A stretch of DNA of 64,000 bases, from assembly GCA_963666485.2 (NCBI GenBank), contig CAXXUO010000001.1, positions 352,001-416,000 of the forward strand, in the 5' to 3' direction. This stretch comes from Syntrophorhabdaceae bacterium. GTDB taxonomy: Bacteria > Desulfobacterota > Syntrophorhabdia > Syntrophorhabdales > Syntrophorhabdaceae. The translations under genes and the position numbers were made by a program. A model generated the notes under the pieces. It had not been told where the DNA came from, searched no databases, and saw only the letters and a program-made list of their open reading frames with translations. This document shows, one piece after another, positions 48,539-57,957 of this stretch (the first letter of the stretch is position 1; every line of letters begins with the position of its first letter).

Positions 48539-49942
48539 ATGGTTAGATCAAGGTTCGCGCCGAGTCCGACGGGGAACTTGCACATCGGCGGCGCCAGGAC
48601 CGCGCTCTTCAACTACCTGTACAGCAAACATCACGGGGGCGTCTTTGTCCTGAGGATCGAGGATACCGATATCGAGAGGTCCCGTGACGAATATGTGGAC
48701 GATATCCTCGGCGGGCTTTCCTGGCTGGGGCTTGATTGGGATGAAGGGCCCTTCTATCAGAAGGACCGGATGGACCTGTACCGGGAGCACGCGGAAAAGC
48801 TCCTCAAACAGGGGCTTGCGTATAAATGCTACTGCAGCGCCGAGATTCTCGAGGAAAAGAGAAAGGCGGCCCTGAAGGAAGGCGGGAAGCCCCATTACGA
48901 CCGGACGTGCAGGGACCTGCCGCCGGACGACCCGGCACAGGCGGGCAAACCGTACGTGGTGCGTTTCCGGACACCCATCACGGGAGAGGTGAGCTTTACC
49001 GACCTCGTGCGCGGACCGATCACGTTCAAGTGCGAAGAACTCGACGACCTCATCATACTGCGCACCGACGGAACACCGACATACAATTTCACGGTCGTTA
49101 TAGACGATGCACTGATGGGGATAACTCATATAGTGCGCGGCGATGACCATATAAATAACACACCTCGCCAGATAGTGATCTACGAGGCCCTGCACTACCC
49201 TGTGCCTCAATTCGCCCACGTGCCGCTCATCCACGGGAAGGACAAAACCCGTCTTTCCAAGAGGCATGGCGCGACGAGCCTTCTCGAGTACCGCAACGAC
49301 GGGTTCCTCCCCGAGGCGGTCATGAACTACCTCGCACGCTTAGGCTGGGCGCACGGCGACCAGGAGATATTCTCCCGGCAGGAACTGATCGAAACGTTCG
49401 ACCTGCCCGCGGTCGGGAAGTCCCCTTCCGTTTTCGACATGGACAAATTGACCTGGCTCAACACGCATTACCTGAAAACGCTGCCCGAGGATGATATAGC
49501 CGGGCGGCTTCTGCCTTTTCTCGAAAAGATCGGAATAAAAGCCGTCAACAATGCACGCCTCGTAAAGATCGTCGTGAACCTCCGGGAACGGGCGAAGACC
49601 CTCAAGGACATGGCGCAGATGGCGGAATATTTCTTCCGGGACGATCATGCGGTCGATGACGCGGCGGTAGCGAAATTTCTCACACCCGCCACGAAACCGA
49701 TACTCGAGGACTTCGCCGCGTCTGTGAAGAACATCACGTCGATGGATGATGCAGAAAACCTGAAAACGGAACTCGAAGGCCTGACAAAAAAATATAATGT
49801 CAAGCCCGTCGCGGTGATCCAGCCGATCAGGGTGGCGCTGTGCGGCAAGACCGTCAGCCCCGGCATCTTCGATGTTATCGCCATATTAGGGAAAGAAACC
49901 GTCGAAAGACGTATCAGGAAAGCGATCGAATCGATCCAATGA
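48539..49942 (+). CDS. gltX: Glutamate--tRNA ligase
   Basis: RFAPSPTGNLHIGG, RGDDH, LSKR, IRVALCG...SPGIF. Confidence 0.96.
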   Translation: MVRSRFAPSPTGNLHIGGARTALFNYLYSKHHGGVFVLRIEDTDIERSRDEYVDDILGGLSWLGLDWDEGPFYQKDRMDLYREHAEKLLKQGLAYKCYCSAEILEEKRKAALKEGGKPHYDRTCRDLPPDDPAQAGKPYVVRFRTPITGEVSFTDLVRGPITFKCEELDDLIILRTDGTPTYNFTVVIDDALMGITHIVRGDDHINNTPRQIVIYEALHYPVPQFAHVPLIHGKDKTRLSKRHGATSLLEYRNDGFLPEAVMNYLARLGWAHGDQEIFSRQELIETFDLPAVGKSPSVFDMDKLTWLNTHYLKTLPEDDIAGRLLPFLEKIGIKAVNNARLVKIVVNLRERAKTLKDMAQMAEYFFRDDHAVDDAAVAKFLTPATKPILEDFAASVKNITSMDDAENLKTELEGLTKKYNVKPVAVIQPIRVALCGKTVSPGIFDVIAILGKETVERRIRKAIESIQ

Positions 49943-52900
49943 AATTAGCCAGGCTCGAAATTTTCGGCTTCAAATCATTCCTCAACCGTACCGTCTTCCA
50001 ATTCGGTGAAGGTATAACGTCCGTTGTCGGCCCCAACGGCTGCGGCAAGAGCAATATCGTCGACGCGATCGTCTGGGTCCTCGGAGAGCGGGGAACGAAA
50101 AGCCTCCGGGTCAAGGACATGGGCGACGTCATATTCCACGGGACGAACGGGAAGAGGCCCGTGAATATCGCCGAGGTCACGCTCGACCTGACCGAAGGCC
50201 AGACCGAGCTTGTCGTAAAGCGGCGCATATATCGCGACGGGACGAACGAGTATTCCCTCAATGGTAAGATCGTCCGGCTGAAGGATGTCCAGGACGCGTT
50301 CCTCGGCACCGGGCTCGGCACGAACTCGTACGCCATCATCGAGCAGGGGCGGATCGAGGCCCTCATAAACATGAGACCCCCCGAGCGGCGGGTCGTCATC
50401 GAAGAGGCGAGCGGCATTACACGATTCGAAGAGAAGAAACGGGACGCCATCTCCCGGATGACGGAGACGGCCGCGAACCTCGAGCGCATCGAGGACGTCT
50501 ACCGTGAGGTCACCTCTTCGTTCGGCAAGGCCGAGCAGGAATGGGAGAGATGGAAGGCATACCAGGAGCTCGCCGACCGTCTCCACGAGATCGACAAGCA
50601 GCTTCTCCTCGACGGGCATGCAAAGGTCTTGAAGCGCATGGCGAAGGTGCGCGAGAGGCAGGCCGATCTCGACGAAGAGATCCTTCAGAAGGAAGCCGAA
50701 AAGGCGACGCTCAAGGAAGAATTCGACGCGAAAGAAAGTGAGTTCGCGCTCACCGACAAGATCATCCGGCAACTGGAGGTCGACCTCAAGAGCAAAGAGA
50801 AGGACATGGAAAACCGCCTTCTCGAAATGGACTACCTCAGGGACGAGATAAAGCGCCTTGACGAGGCCGTAAAAGGCCTTGCGGGCGAAGAATCGTCAAT
50901 AGCGCAGGACATAATCCGGCAGGAGAACGAGATAAAGGCGCTCGACGAAAAAGCGTCCGTCATCGGGTCCGAGCTTGATTCCGAAAAGGAAAAAGAGCTC
51001 ACAATGCGGTCCGTCGCGGAATCGTTCAAGGCCGGTACAGAGGAAAAGGAGAAAGAGCTCGAGGACGCACGGACGCGGCTTTTCGTCACCATGAGCTCTT
51101 TGACCGAAACGCGCAACAAGATAGCCGAGATCGACCGGCTTGCACAGGAAAAGCAGAAGCGCAGGGAACGGCAGGCGGCCGAGCGCAATGAGCTCGAGAC
51201 TGCCCTGTCCTCGATAAAGGAAAAAAGCGCGGCGCTCGAAGGACAACTGCGTGCGGCGATCGAGGAGAGAGAATCCCTTGCCGCCCGTGAATCCGCAGCC
51301 CTTAGCGAGCGAGATGCAACGTCCCAGGAGATCGAGAAAATAAAAGGCCTCATCGAGCGCCTGCGCGGCGAGAGGCAGGTCAAGGAGAATTTTCTCCGGC
51401 AGCTCGGGGGATATATCGGGGATTCACCCGATGCCGTCCGGCCCGAAGACAAGCTCGCCAATCTCATCAAGATCGAGGAAACGAAAATAAAGGCCGTCGA
51501 ACGCTTCTTCCAGGAAGAGCTCGAGTACGAGGTCATAAAAGGCGATTCTGTCGAATCGATGGCCCGGGAAGTCCTGAACAAAGAAGGCAACAGGATATTC
51601 TTCCCTCCAAAAGGGATGTTCAAAAGATCGGGCGGCGACATAGAGGTCGATATCTCGTGGACCGCCGGCGTCGAGGATGCCCTCGCGCGGATCGCATCCG
51701 GCGCGGAAGGCATATTCATCAATGATGACATCTACGTTGACTCGCGCGGCATCATATTGAGCGGCACGGGCGCGCGGAAGATAGACGTGCGGCAGTTCAA
51801 GGAAAAGTTGAAGCTGGAAAAAGAGCTCAAGACGCTCGCCGCCGATATTGAACGCGAGTCAAACACGCTGAAAGGCCTGAGGCCGGGCCTTGAGGGTGCC
51901 GAGGCGAAATACCGGGCCGCGCGCGGGGAGCGTGAAGCACAGGAAGGAAGGGTCAAGGCGTATGAAAAAGACCTTCTCCTGACAGAGGCGCAGCTCAAGA
52001 ACGCGTCCGACAGGCTCGCCGCCCTCGACGCGATGTCGGAGCCCGCCGACGATGCCTCACCGGAGGTCGTACAGGCGCTGGAAAATGAGCGCAGCGGTTT
52101 CGAAGCGGAAAAGATCGGGATAGAATCATCGATGGCCGCTTTGCGGGACGCCATAGCCGGGTTGAAGAAAGAGCACGAGGCCGCGCAGTCGGCATGGCAC
52201 GCGGTAACGATCGATATCGAGAGAAAGATGAACATGCTCAAATCGATAGGTGAGATGAGAGACCGCGCCGTGTCGGCCATACAGTCCCTGAACGGCCAGG
52301 CCGCAGGACTGAAAGACAAGGCGGCGGCGGCGCAGAAAGAGATAGACAACCGCACGAACAAGATAAATTACCTCGAGCGTTCCTACGAGGAATTGCAGGC
52401 GGACCTGGAGAAGCATGTCGGGCGATTTGAAGAGCTCAAGGTCATGCTCGGAAACCTGCATGAACAAAAACAGGTGATGCAGGAAGCTGTCGAGGCGCTC
52501 GCAAAGGATGCCGACCGGGTCCGTGCGCGCAGGGAAAATACTGAAAAAGACCTCGCCGTTCTCGAGGAAAAACGCCTCACGATCACCGAACGCCTGCGCG
52601 ACACATATGGCGTCGAAAACGCGACAGAGATGTCCGTTCAACTGCCGTCGGATATAGAAGATGAGCGCGAGTCCCTGACGCAGCGCATTAACGAAATGGG
52701 CGAGATCAATTTCCGCGCCGAGAAGGAGTACCTGGAATTGAAGGAAAGGATAACCTTTCTTGACAAGCAGAAGGAAGACCTTCTCACGGCAATGGAATCA
52801 TTGAAGAAAACAATAACGAAGATCGACCAGTTCACAAAAGAGCTCTTTTCCGAGACATTTGAAAAGGTAAATAACGCTTTTATCCGGTTCACGGACCTTT

Positions 52901-53274
52901 TATTCAAGGGCGGAAAGGGCTACCTGGCGCTCAATCACGAGCAGGCGGGGGTCGATCTTTTCGTCCAGCCTCCCGGCAAGAAAGTGACGCGGATGGAACT
53001 CCTCTCCGGCGGTGAAAAGGCCTTGATATCACTTGCCTTTCTTTTGGCCCTCATGGACACGAAGCCAAGCCCGTTCGCGCTCATGGACGAGATTGACGCA
53101 CCGCTCGACGATGCAAACCTCGCCGGACTGCTCGATATTATTCGTTCCATGGCACTCAAAACACAGATAATTTTCATCACCCACAACCGCATCACGATGG
53201 AGTATTCCGACATGATCTACGGGATCACCATGGAGGAGCAGGGTGTCTCAAAGACAGTGTCCGTGCGGCTCTAG
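49939..53274 (+). CDS. smc: Chromosome segregation protein SMC (1111 aa)
   Basis: GFKSF, GPNGCGKSN, IIEQG, long coiled coils, LSGGEK, MDEIDAPLD; the hinge looks divergent. Confidence 0.92.
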   Translation: MKLARLEIFGFKSFLNRTVFQFGEGITSVVGPNGCGKSNIVDAIVWVLGERGTKSLRVKDMGDVIFHGTNGKRPVNIAEVTLDLTEGQTELVVKRRIYRDGTNEYSLNGKIVRLKDVQDAFLGTGLGTNSYAIIEQGRIEALINMRPPERRVVIEEASGITRFEEKKRDAISRMTETAANLERIEDVYREVTSSFGKAEQEWERWKAYQELADRLHEIDKQLLLDGHAKVLKRMAKVRERQADLDEEILQKEAEKATLKEEFDAKESEFALTDKIIRQLEVDLKSKEKDMENRLLEMDYLRDEIKRLDEAVKGLAGEESSIAQDIIRQENEIKALDEKASVIGSELDSEKEKELTMRSVAESFKAGTEEKEKELEDARTRLFVTMSSLTETRNKIAEIDRLAQEKQKRRERQAAERNELETALSSIKEKSAALEGQLRAAIEERESLAARESAALSERDATSQEIEKIKGLIERLRGERQVKENFLRQLGGYIGDSPDAVRPEDKLANLIKIEETKIKAVERFFQEELEYEVIKGDSVESMAREVLNKEGNRIFFPPKGMFKRSGGDIEVDISWTAGVEDALARIASGAEGIFINDDIYVDSRGIILSGTGARKIDVRQFKEKLKLEKELKTLAADIERESNTLKGLRPGLEGAEAKYRAARGEREAQEGRVKAYEKDLLLTEAQLKNASDRLAALDAMSEPADDASPEVVQALENERSGFEAEKIGIESSMAALRDAIAGLKKEHEAAQSAWHAVTIDIERKMNMLKSIGEMRDRAVSAIQSLNGQAAGLKDKAAAAQKEIDNRTNKINYLERSYEELQADLEKHVGRFEELKVMLGNLHEQKQVMQEAVEALAKDADRVRARRENTEKDLAVLEEKRLTITERLRDTYGVENATEMSVQLPSDIEDERESLTQRINEMGEINFRAEKEYLELKERITFLDKQKEDLLTAMESLKKTITKIDQFTKELFSETFEKVNNAFIRFTDLLFKGGKGYLALNHEQAGVDLFVQPPGKKVTRMELLSGGEKALISLAFLLALMDTKPSPFALMDEIDAPLDDANLAGLLDIIRSMALKTQIIFITHNRITMEYSDMIYGITMEEQGVSKTVSVRL

Positions 53275-53398
53275 AGCGGACGTGATTGTACACAGTATAC
53301 AAATTCTTTTTGGCACAATGTTCCCTCATGTCGTTGAAATACTGTATAGTTCCTTTACTGGAGTCATTCTGCGAAGATTCTGACACCCGATTTTTTTC

Positions 53399-53426
53399 TT
53401 GACATTTTTGTCGGGTACTCTATGAT
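53399..53426 (+). promoter_or_regulatory. Sigma70-type promoter
   Basis: TTGACA-16 bp-TATGAT. Confidence 0.55.
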
Positions 53427-53610
53427 TTATAGGTATAAAGGGGAAGGGGGCGTTTGGGAAATCAGGTTCATCACTATATCTATACCGTTGATTCATTGAC
53501 GGTTTCGATTTTTAACCAGTCTTCCTTTAATAAAAATACGTTTGAAAGGAGGTGTAGATCGCCTTTCTAAAAAGGCACACTCGTTTTTTAAAAACGTAAA
53601 GGGGGTTATT

Positions 53611-53742
53611 ATGCAGCCTGTTGATCCGGAATTGGTTGAAAGCTTGATGACATCGTGGTACGTATGGGGGTCAGTCTTCGCCTTCGCCTTCGTATTTACT
53701 ATTGTAGGCACCTACCTTGTCACAAGGAGGTGGGAAGAATGA
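53611..53742 (+). CDS. 43-aa single-TM protein, probable symporter accessory subunit
   Basis: AAGGGGG SD-like motif, one TM, stop overlaps the symporter ATG (ATGA). Confidence 0.7.
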   Translation: MQPVDPELVESLMTSWYVWGSVFAFAFVFTIVGTYLVTRRWEE

Positions 53743-55343
53743 ATCCACAACCTGCATTTAAGTTTCTAACAATACCTACACCAGACACACAGATGATCGT
53801 TGCCGGCAGTATTGCCGTCGGACTCCTTCTCGCCATCTCCGTCTTCCTCGGCGTCATGGGAAGGATCAAGATGAAGAAAGGCAGCTTCGACGAGTACCTC
53901 GTCGGAAAGCGCGACCTTGGACCCGTCGTCACCGGCGCCGCCCTGTCGGCGACGTATATCTCCGGGTGGGCCTTCTGCGGCTCGACCGGTATCGTTTACT
54001 CGGTCGGCTTCTCCGGCATGTGGTTTGCCGGTATCTGGAGCCTTATCGGCATCATCCCGTGTATCTGGCTGGGCGCCTTGAAAACACGGGACTTCTCCAA
54101 AAAACTCGGCGCGGCGACACTGCCTGAGACAATCGGCAGAAGGTTCGAATCGAAGGGACTGCAGACGATCATCGCGATATCGATGCTCTTCTTCCTGTTC
54201 CTCTACTCAGTCGGCCAGCTGAAAGCGGGCGCCACCGTCTGGTTTGTCATGACGGGCCTCTCGCCTCTGTGGTGCCTCCTGCTCTCGGTCTTTATCGCCT
54301 GGCTCTACATGGTCCTCGGCGGCTACATCGGGAACCAGTACGCCATGGCACTCCAGGGTCTCGTCTTCTGCGTCGTCGGTACGCTTCTTGGTGTCTGGGC
54401 CCTTGCGCATGCAGGCGGCTTCAGGGAAGTAACGGCGGGACTTGCCGCACAGAACCCGAACCTGATGGCACTCATCAACCCGAAACTCCCGAAGGTCGGC
54501 GCACCGCAGCTCTTCTCGACCTGGACTGGTATTCTCGCAACACCGGTCATCTTCTTCACGATGGCCGTTGGCTTCCCGCATAATGTCAGCCGGTTCCTCG
54601 GTATGAAGAAGGTCACGAAGAAAGACTACTGGTGGCTGGTTTTCATCGTGTGGCTCTTCACCGGTATCCCTATCATGCTCGACTGCTCGTCGAACGGCCT
54701 CGTAGCGCGTATGCTCTACGGCCCGGGACTTCTCCAGGCTACGACGGTCCATGGACAGCCTAACGTCTTCAAAGCTGACATGGCTGCGCCTCTTCTCGCC
54801 CATGCCCTCGGCGGCCCATGGCTCCTCGCCGCATACACGGCAGGCCTTTTCTCGGCCGCACTTTCAACACTGGCAGGCATGGTCTTTATCATGAGCGCGA
54901 ACGTCACCAAAGACATCATAAAACTCTGGTGGCCGCAAACATCCGACAAGAGCATGCTGTACCTCGGGTACTTCCTCATCGCTCTTTTCCTCTTCCTCCC
55001 GTTCTACTTCGTCCTTGTCAACCCGCCGCCGCTGCTCTCCATCTTTATGGGTATGGCGGCTATGGGCCTCGGCGCAGTCTTCTTCTTCGTTACCGCCATT
55101 TCCTACTTCTGGAAAGGCGCAACGAAATGGGGCGCCGGCGCATGCGTTATCTGGGGAACCTGTGCGACCCTTTACGGAAGCTGGGCCGTTCTTTCACGGA
55201 AACCGCCTATGTACGGTATGGGCAGTTACGAGTGGTTCCTGGTCATCAGCTGCGGCCTGATCTACTTTATCGTCAGCGCCATCACCAAGAGACCGTCTGA
55301 TCAGCTTCTCGATCTCCTCTGGTCAAAACAGGCGGAAGATTAA
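53739..55343 (+). CDS. Sodium:solute symporter family protein
   Basis: EYLVGKR, ATYISGWAFCG, PHNVSRF, AALSTLAG, many TMs. Confidence 0.9.
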   Translation: MNPQPAFKFLTIPTPDTQMIVAGSIAVGLLLAISVFLGVMGRIKMKKGSFDEYLVGKRDLGPVVTGAALSATYISGWAFCGSTGIVYSVGFSGMWFAGIWSLIGIIPCIWLGALKTRDFSKKLGAATLPETIGRRFESKGLQTIIAISMLFFLFLYSVGQLKAGATVWFVMTGLSPLWCLLLSVFIAWLYMVLGGYIGNQYAMALQGLVFCVVGTLLGVWALAHAGGFREVTAGLAAQNPNLMALINPKLPKVGAPQLFSTWTGILATPVIFFTMAVGFPHNVSRFLGMKKVTKKDYWWLVFIVWLFTGIPIMLDCSSNGLVARMLYGPGLLQATTVHGQPNVFKADMAAPLLAHALGGPWLLAAYTAGLFSAALSTLAGMVFIMSANVTKDIIKLWWPQTSDKSMLYLGYFLIALFLFLPFYFVLVNPPPLLSIFMGMAAMGLGAVFFFVTAISYFWKGATKWGAGACVIWGTCATLYGSWAVLSRKPPMYGMGSYEWFLVISCGLIYFIVSAITKRPSDQLLDLLWSKQAED

Positions 55344-55357
55344 GAGTCAACAAAGTC

Positions 55358-55389
55358 AAAAAAAGGGGACCTTCGGGTCCCCTTTTTTT
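55358..55389 (+). terminator. Intrinsic terminator with cUUCGg loop
   Basis: A7-GGGGACC-TTCG-GGTCCCC-T7. Confidence 0.93.
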
Positions 55390-55390
55390 G

Positions 55391-55589
55391 GTTCAAAGTT
55401 CAACGTTCAAAGTTCAACGTTCAAAGTTCAACGTTCAAAGTTCAACGTTCAAAGTTCAACGTTCAAAGTTCAACGTTCAAAGTTCAACGTTCAAAGTTCA
55501 ACGTTCAAAGTTCAACGTTCAAAGTTCAACGTTCAAAGTTCAACGTTCAAAGTTCAACGTTCAAAGTTCAACGTTCAAAGTTCAACGTT
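55391..55589 (+). repeat. Perfect 14-mer tandem array (GTTCAAAGTTCAAC)x14
   Basis: Read directly; alternating heptamers GTTCAAA and GTTCAAC, starting 1 bp after the terminator. Confidence 0.97.
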
Positions 55590-55689
55590 TCTTAACTTCT
55601 TGACGGATCAGCTGGATAAAATGCCTAAACATGAACACGGGGACCTCCCTCGACCCACCAATCCGTTCGGACCGATCCCCCCCTTCCGC

Positions 55690-55843
55690 CGTCATCCCGG
55701 CGAAGGCCGGGATCCAGTGTCTTTGTTTCTACTTTTATTCAACAATATTCGTCGTTTCATCTACCTGCCTTAGATGATACACTGCCTTTACCAATTGCAA
55801 GAACGGCAAAAGGGCCTGGACCCCGGCCTTCGCCGGGGTGACG
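55690..55843. repeat. CGTC-type REP doublet
   Basis: 55690-55724 and 55809-55843; same subtype as the doublet at 32479. Confidence 0.88.
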
Positions 55844-56166
55844 TTGAGGCCTGCTGCGGCGCAAGAAGCCGTCGGAATGATAAACACCGGCAGGCTATGA
55901 TAGAGCCTCTTCGCCGGAGCGGCGGGGATCAGTCAGGGTTCAAGTCTCCATCTAACGGAATGACTGAAGTGGGGGATGATTTCGCTTCGAATGGCAACCG
56001 GCGCCGGGATGGCGGTGAGGGCATGTCAAGTCGGCGTTTCAATGTGGCAACAGTCGATGTTATTGATGGATTGTGGCGCTCCCTCTGCCGGGATGACTGG
56101 GTGGGCGTCTACAGGGTCCCTGGCCATAGATGTACGAATTAAGGGCCCCGGTTTATGGGGTCGGAA

Positions 56167-56712
56167 TTATTTCTTTTCTGCCGGCTCGACACAGACCATC
56201 TTGTGGAGTTCCATGTACACCGATTCCGGGGGTATGTGGGACCAGTTCTTATAGGAGCCGCTCTTCGCGTAGTCGAGGGTCTTCCCGTCCTTTGTCAATT
56301 CGAAAACTTCAAGAACGACAAGTTCGGGTTTTTTGCTTATGCAGTTGAGACCGTAGAGAACGGTCCGCGCATGAAGCGATTCAAAGCCTTCAACAGACAT
56401 GCGGGATGTCTGCCTGTTCGCTATATATCTTTTCTTCCCTTCGTCGCTGTATATGAGCTTCGTCTTAACGCTGAGCACGTCCGGAAACGCCTTGCTCGAT
56501 TCGTCAAAACGGTAAAAATAATCGCCGTCCCGGTCAATCCCGAATTTTTTCCAGTCGGAGCTTTTCACGTCCTCAATCCCTTTGGCTACAGGCACCGGCC
56601 GCTTCTCGGCCTCGCCCTTGAGCCACATGATGAACGTGATGCAGACAACTATAAACCCGGCCGAAAAAAGGATCGCTTTCAGGTGATGCCGTGTTTTGAC
56701 CTGTTCTGTCAT
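56167..56712 (-). CDS. Membrane-anchored protein, surface-adhesin E-like
   Basis: N-terminal TM; LNC...W..IPPES...VC pattern; family call from memory. Confidence 0.6.
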   Translation of the reverse strand: MTEQVKTRHHLKAILFSAGFIVVCITFIMWLKGEAEKRPVPVAKGIEDVKSSDWKKFGIDRDGDYFYRFDESSKAFPDVLSVKTKLIYSDEGKKRYIANRQTSRMSVEGFESLHARTVLYGLNCISKKPELVVLEVFELTKDGKTLDYAKSGSYKNWSHIPPESVYMELHKMVCVEPAEKK

Positions 56713-56774
56713 AGTCTTATATCCCCTTATGCGTTGAATGCTCCGCGACGCTGGAAGCATACCATTTCAAAAGA

Positions 56775-56810
56775 AAAAAGCCAAGACCGGTTTCGGCCGG
56801 TCCTGGCTTA
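56775..56810 (-). terminator. Probable intrinsic terminator
   Basis: A-run followed by GCCAAGACCGG-tttcgg-CCGGTCCTGGC. Confidence 0.65.
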
Positions 56811-56832
56811 AAGCATTTCTTAACGATATTTC

Positions 56833-57399
56833 TTAGTGGAGAACGTCAGGCACTTCTGTTGTATCGAGCGTCAGGCCCTTCGGCAGCTCGAACAGGCTGT
56901 CGGCCACGTTGCCCTTCTTGATATTCTTGTATTCGACACTCCATTTTTCGCCGGCAACTTTGACGGGGAAGCTATACTCTGTCGACCACCATTGGGTTAT
57001 CGTCTCGGTCTTTCCCTTCGCACCTTTCACCGTTACCTGGGATTTCTTTGCGGAATATCCGTTGATCGTCTCTGTTCCGAGGGGCTTCCGTGCCGTTTCG
57101 CCGATCAGTTTTTCCTCGACATTCGGCTTCATGTCGGGGGTCAGAGCTGCTTCGATATACGTCTTCTCGGCATTGTTTATCTGCCAGAATTTTGCTTTAT
57201 CTCCCCGTACGATCGTATACAGAGGGGAACTCCCTTTTTCAACCCGGTACTTATTGCCCTTTACGTAGATCTTTCCATTACGGGTGACCTTGCCTTCCTT
57301 CGAGACCATATCAGCCGCAATCTCCACTGCGTAGGCGCCGGCTACGACTGTGAGCAGGAAAAACAGGGCGCTCGCAAGAACCATCATACTTCTCTTCAT
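56833..57399 (-). CDS. Exported DUF4412/LolA-like protein
   Basis: Signal peptide, GKIYVKGNKYRVE, LGTETINGY, DSLFELPKG. Confidence 0.72.
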   Translation of the reverse strand: MKRSMMVLASALFFLLTVVAGAYAVEIAADMVSKEGKVTRNGKIYVKGNKYRVEKGSSPLYTIVRGDKAKFWQINNAEKTYIEAALTPDMKPNVEEKLIGETARKPLGTETINGYSAKKSQVTVKGAKGKTETITQWWSTEYSFPVKVAGEKWSVEYKNIKKGNVADSLFELPKGLTLDTTEVPDVLH

Positions 57400-57545
57400 G
57401 ACAACCCTCCCTAGAATTGTTTTGATGAATCATCACGTTATACCACCAGATGCACGAACAATCAATAAATTTGATTCGTTATGATATCGGGCAGATAGGA
57501 TAATCTATGGTATCTAAAAGGAAAACCGGATGTGAAAAAATTAAT

Positions 57546-57635
57546 TTACTGTTTGTTCTTCCGCTTTGTATATATCCGGTATATCACGAGCGCTATACCC
57601 ATCGAAAGCCACACGATCAGCACCACAAGGTCCAC
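57546..57635 (-). CDS. Putative 29-aa membrane peptide MDLVVLIVWLSMGIALVIYRIYTKRKNKQ
   Basis: GGGGAGG SD 6 nt before GTG; hydrophobic helix plus basic tail; below the ORF-track size cutoff. Confidence 0.65.
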   Translation of the reverse strand: MDLVVLIVWLSMGIALVIYRIYTKRKNKQ

Positions 57636-57771
57636 CAGTAACCTCCCCTGTTTCTTAATAGGTGTTGAATATCACCCCTGCACTTTATATGCAACGAAAA
57701 AATACGGGTATGGCACCTGTCCCATTTGGGGCTTGCTTTAAAAGCGATGGCCGTGCTAATGAAATAGGATA

Positions 57772-57954
57772 ATGCTCGGTTTTTCTGATCCGTGGGTCCT
57801 TGCCGGTTTCGTCATAACGATCCTGTCGGCTGTCTTTTGCGTCATTTACGGGATCGTCAACTGGAACCGGGGAGGAATAGAGAAAGAAGGCGATTTCCGG
57901 GAAGAGATCCAGTGGGAGCGCGAAGAGATCGAACTTATTGAGAAACTCCCCTAA
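57772..57954 (+). CDS. Symporter small accessory protein
   Basis: MLGFSDPWV...CVIYGIVNWNRGG; 3 bp upstream of an SSS gene. Confidence 0.82.
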   Translation: MLGFSDPWVLAGFVITILSAVFCVIYGIVNWNRGGIEKEGDFREEIQWEREEIELIEKLP

Positions 57955-57957
57955 TTT

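Noticed and set aside
53311..53326. Sigma54 promoter TGGCACAATGTTCCC
   Set aside because: Lacks the -12 GC at the required spacing.
55388..55603. ORF of VQSSTFKVQRSKFN repeats
   Set aside because: It is only the translation of the 14-bp DNA array; no SD, and it starts inside a terminator.
55774..56254. Plus-strand ORFs 55774-56142 and 55976-56254
   Set aside because: They run through REP and decayed REP sequence, lack SDs and show no protein-like motifs.
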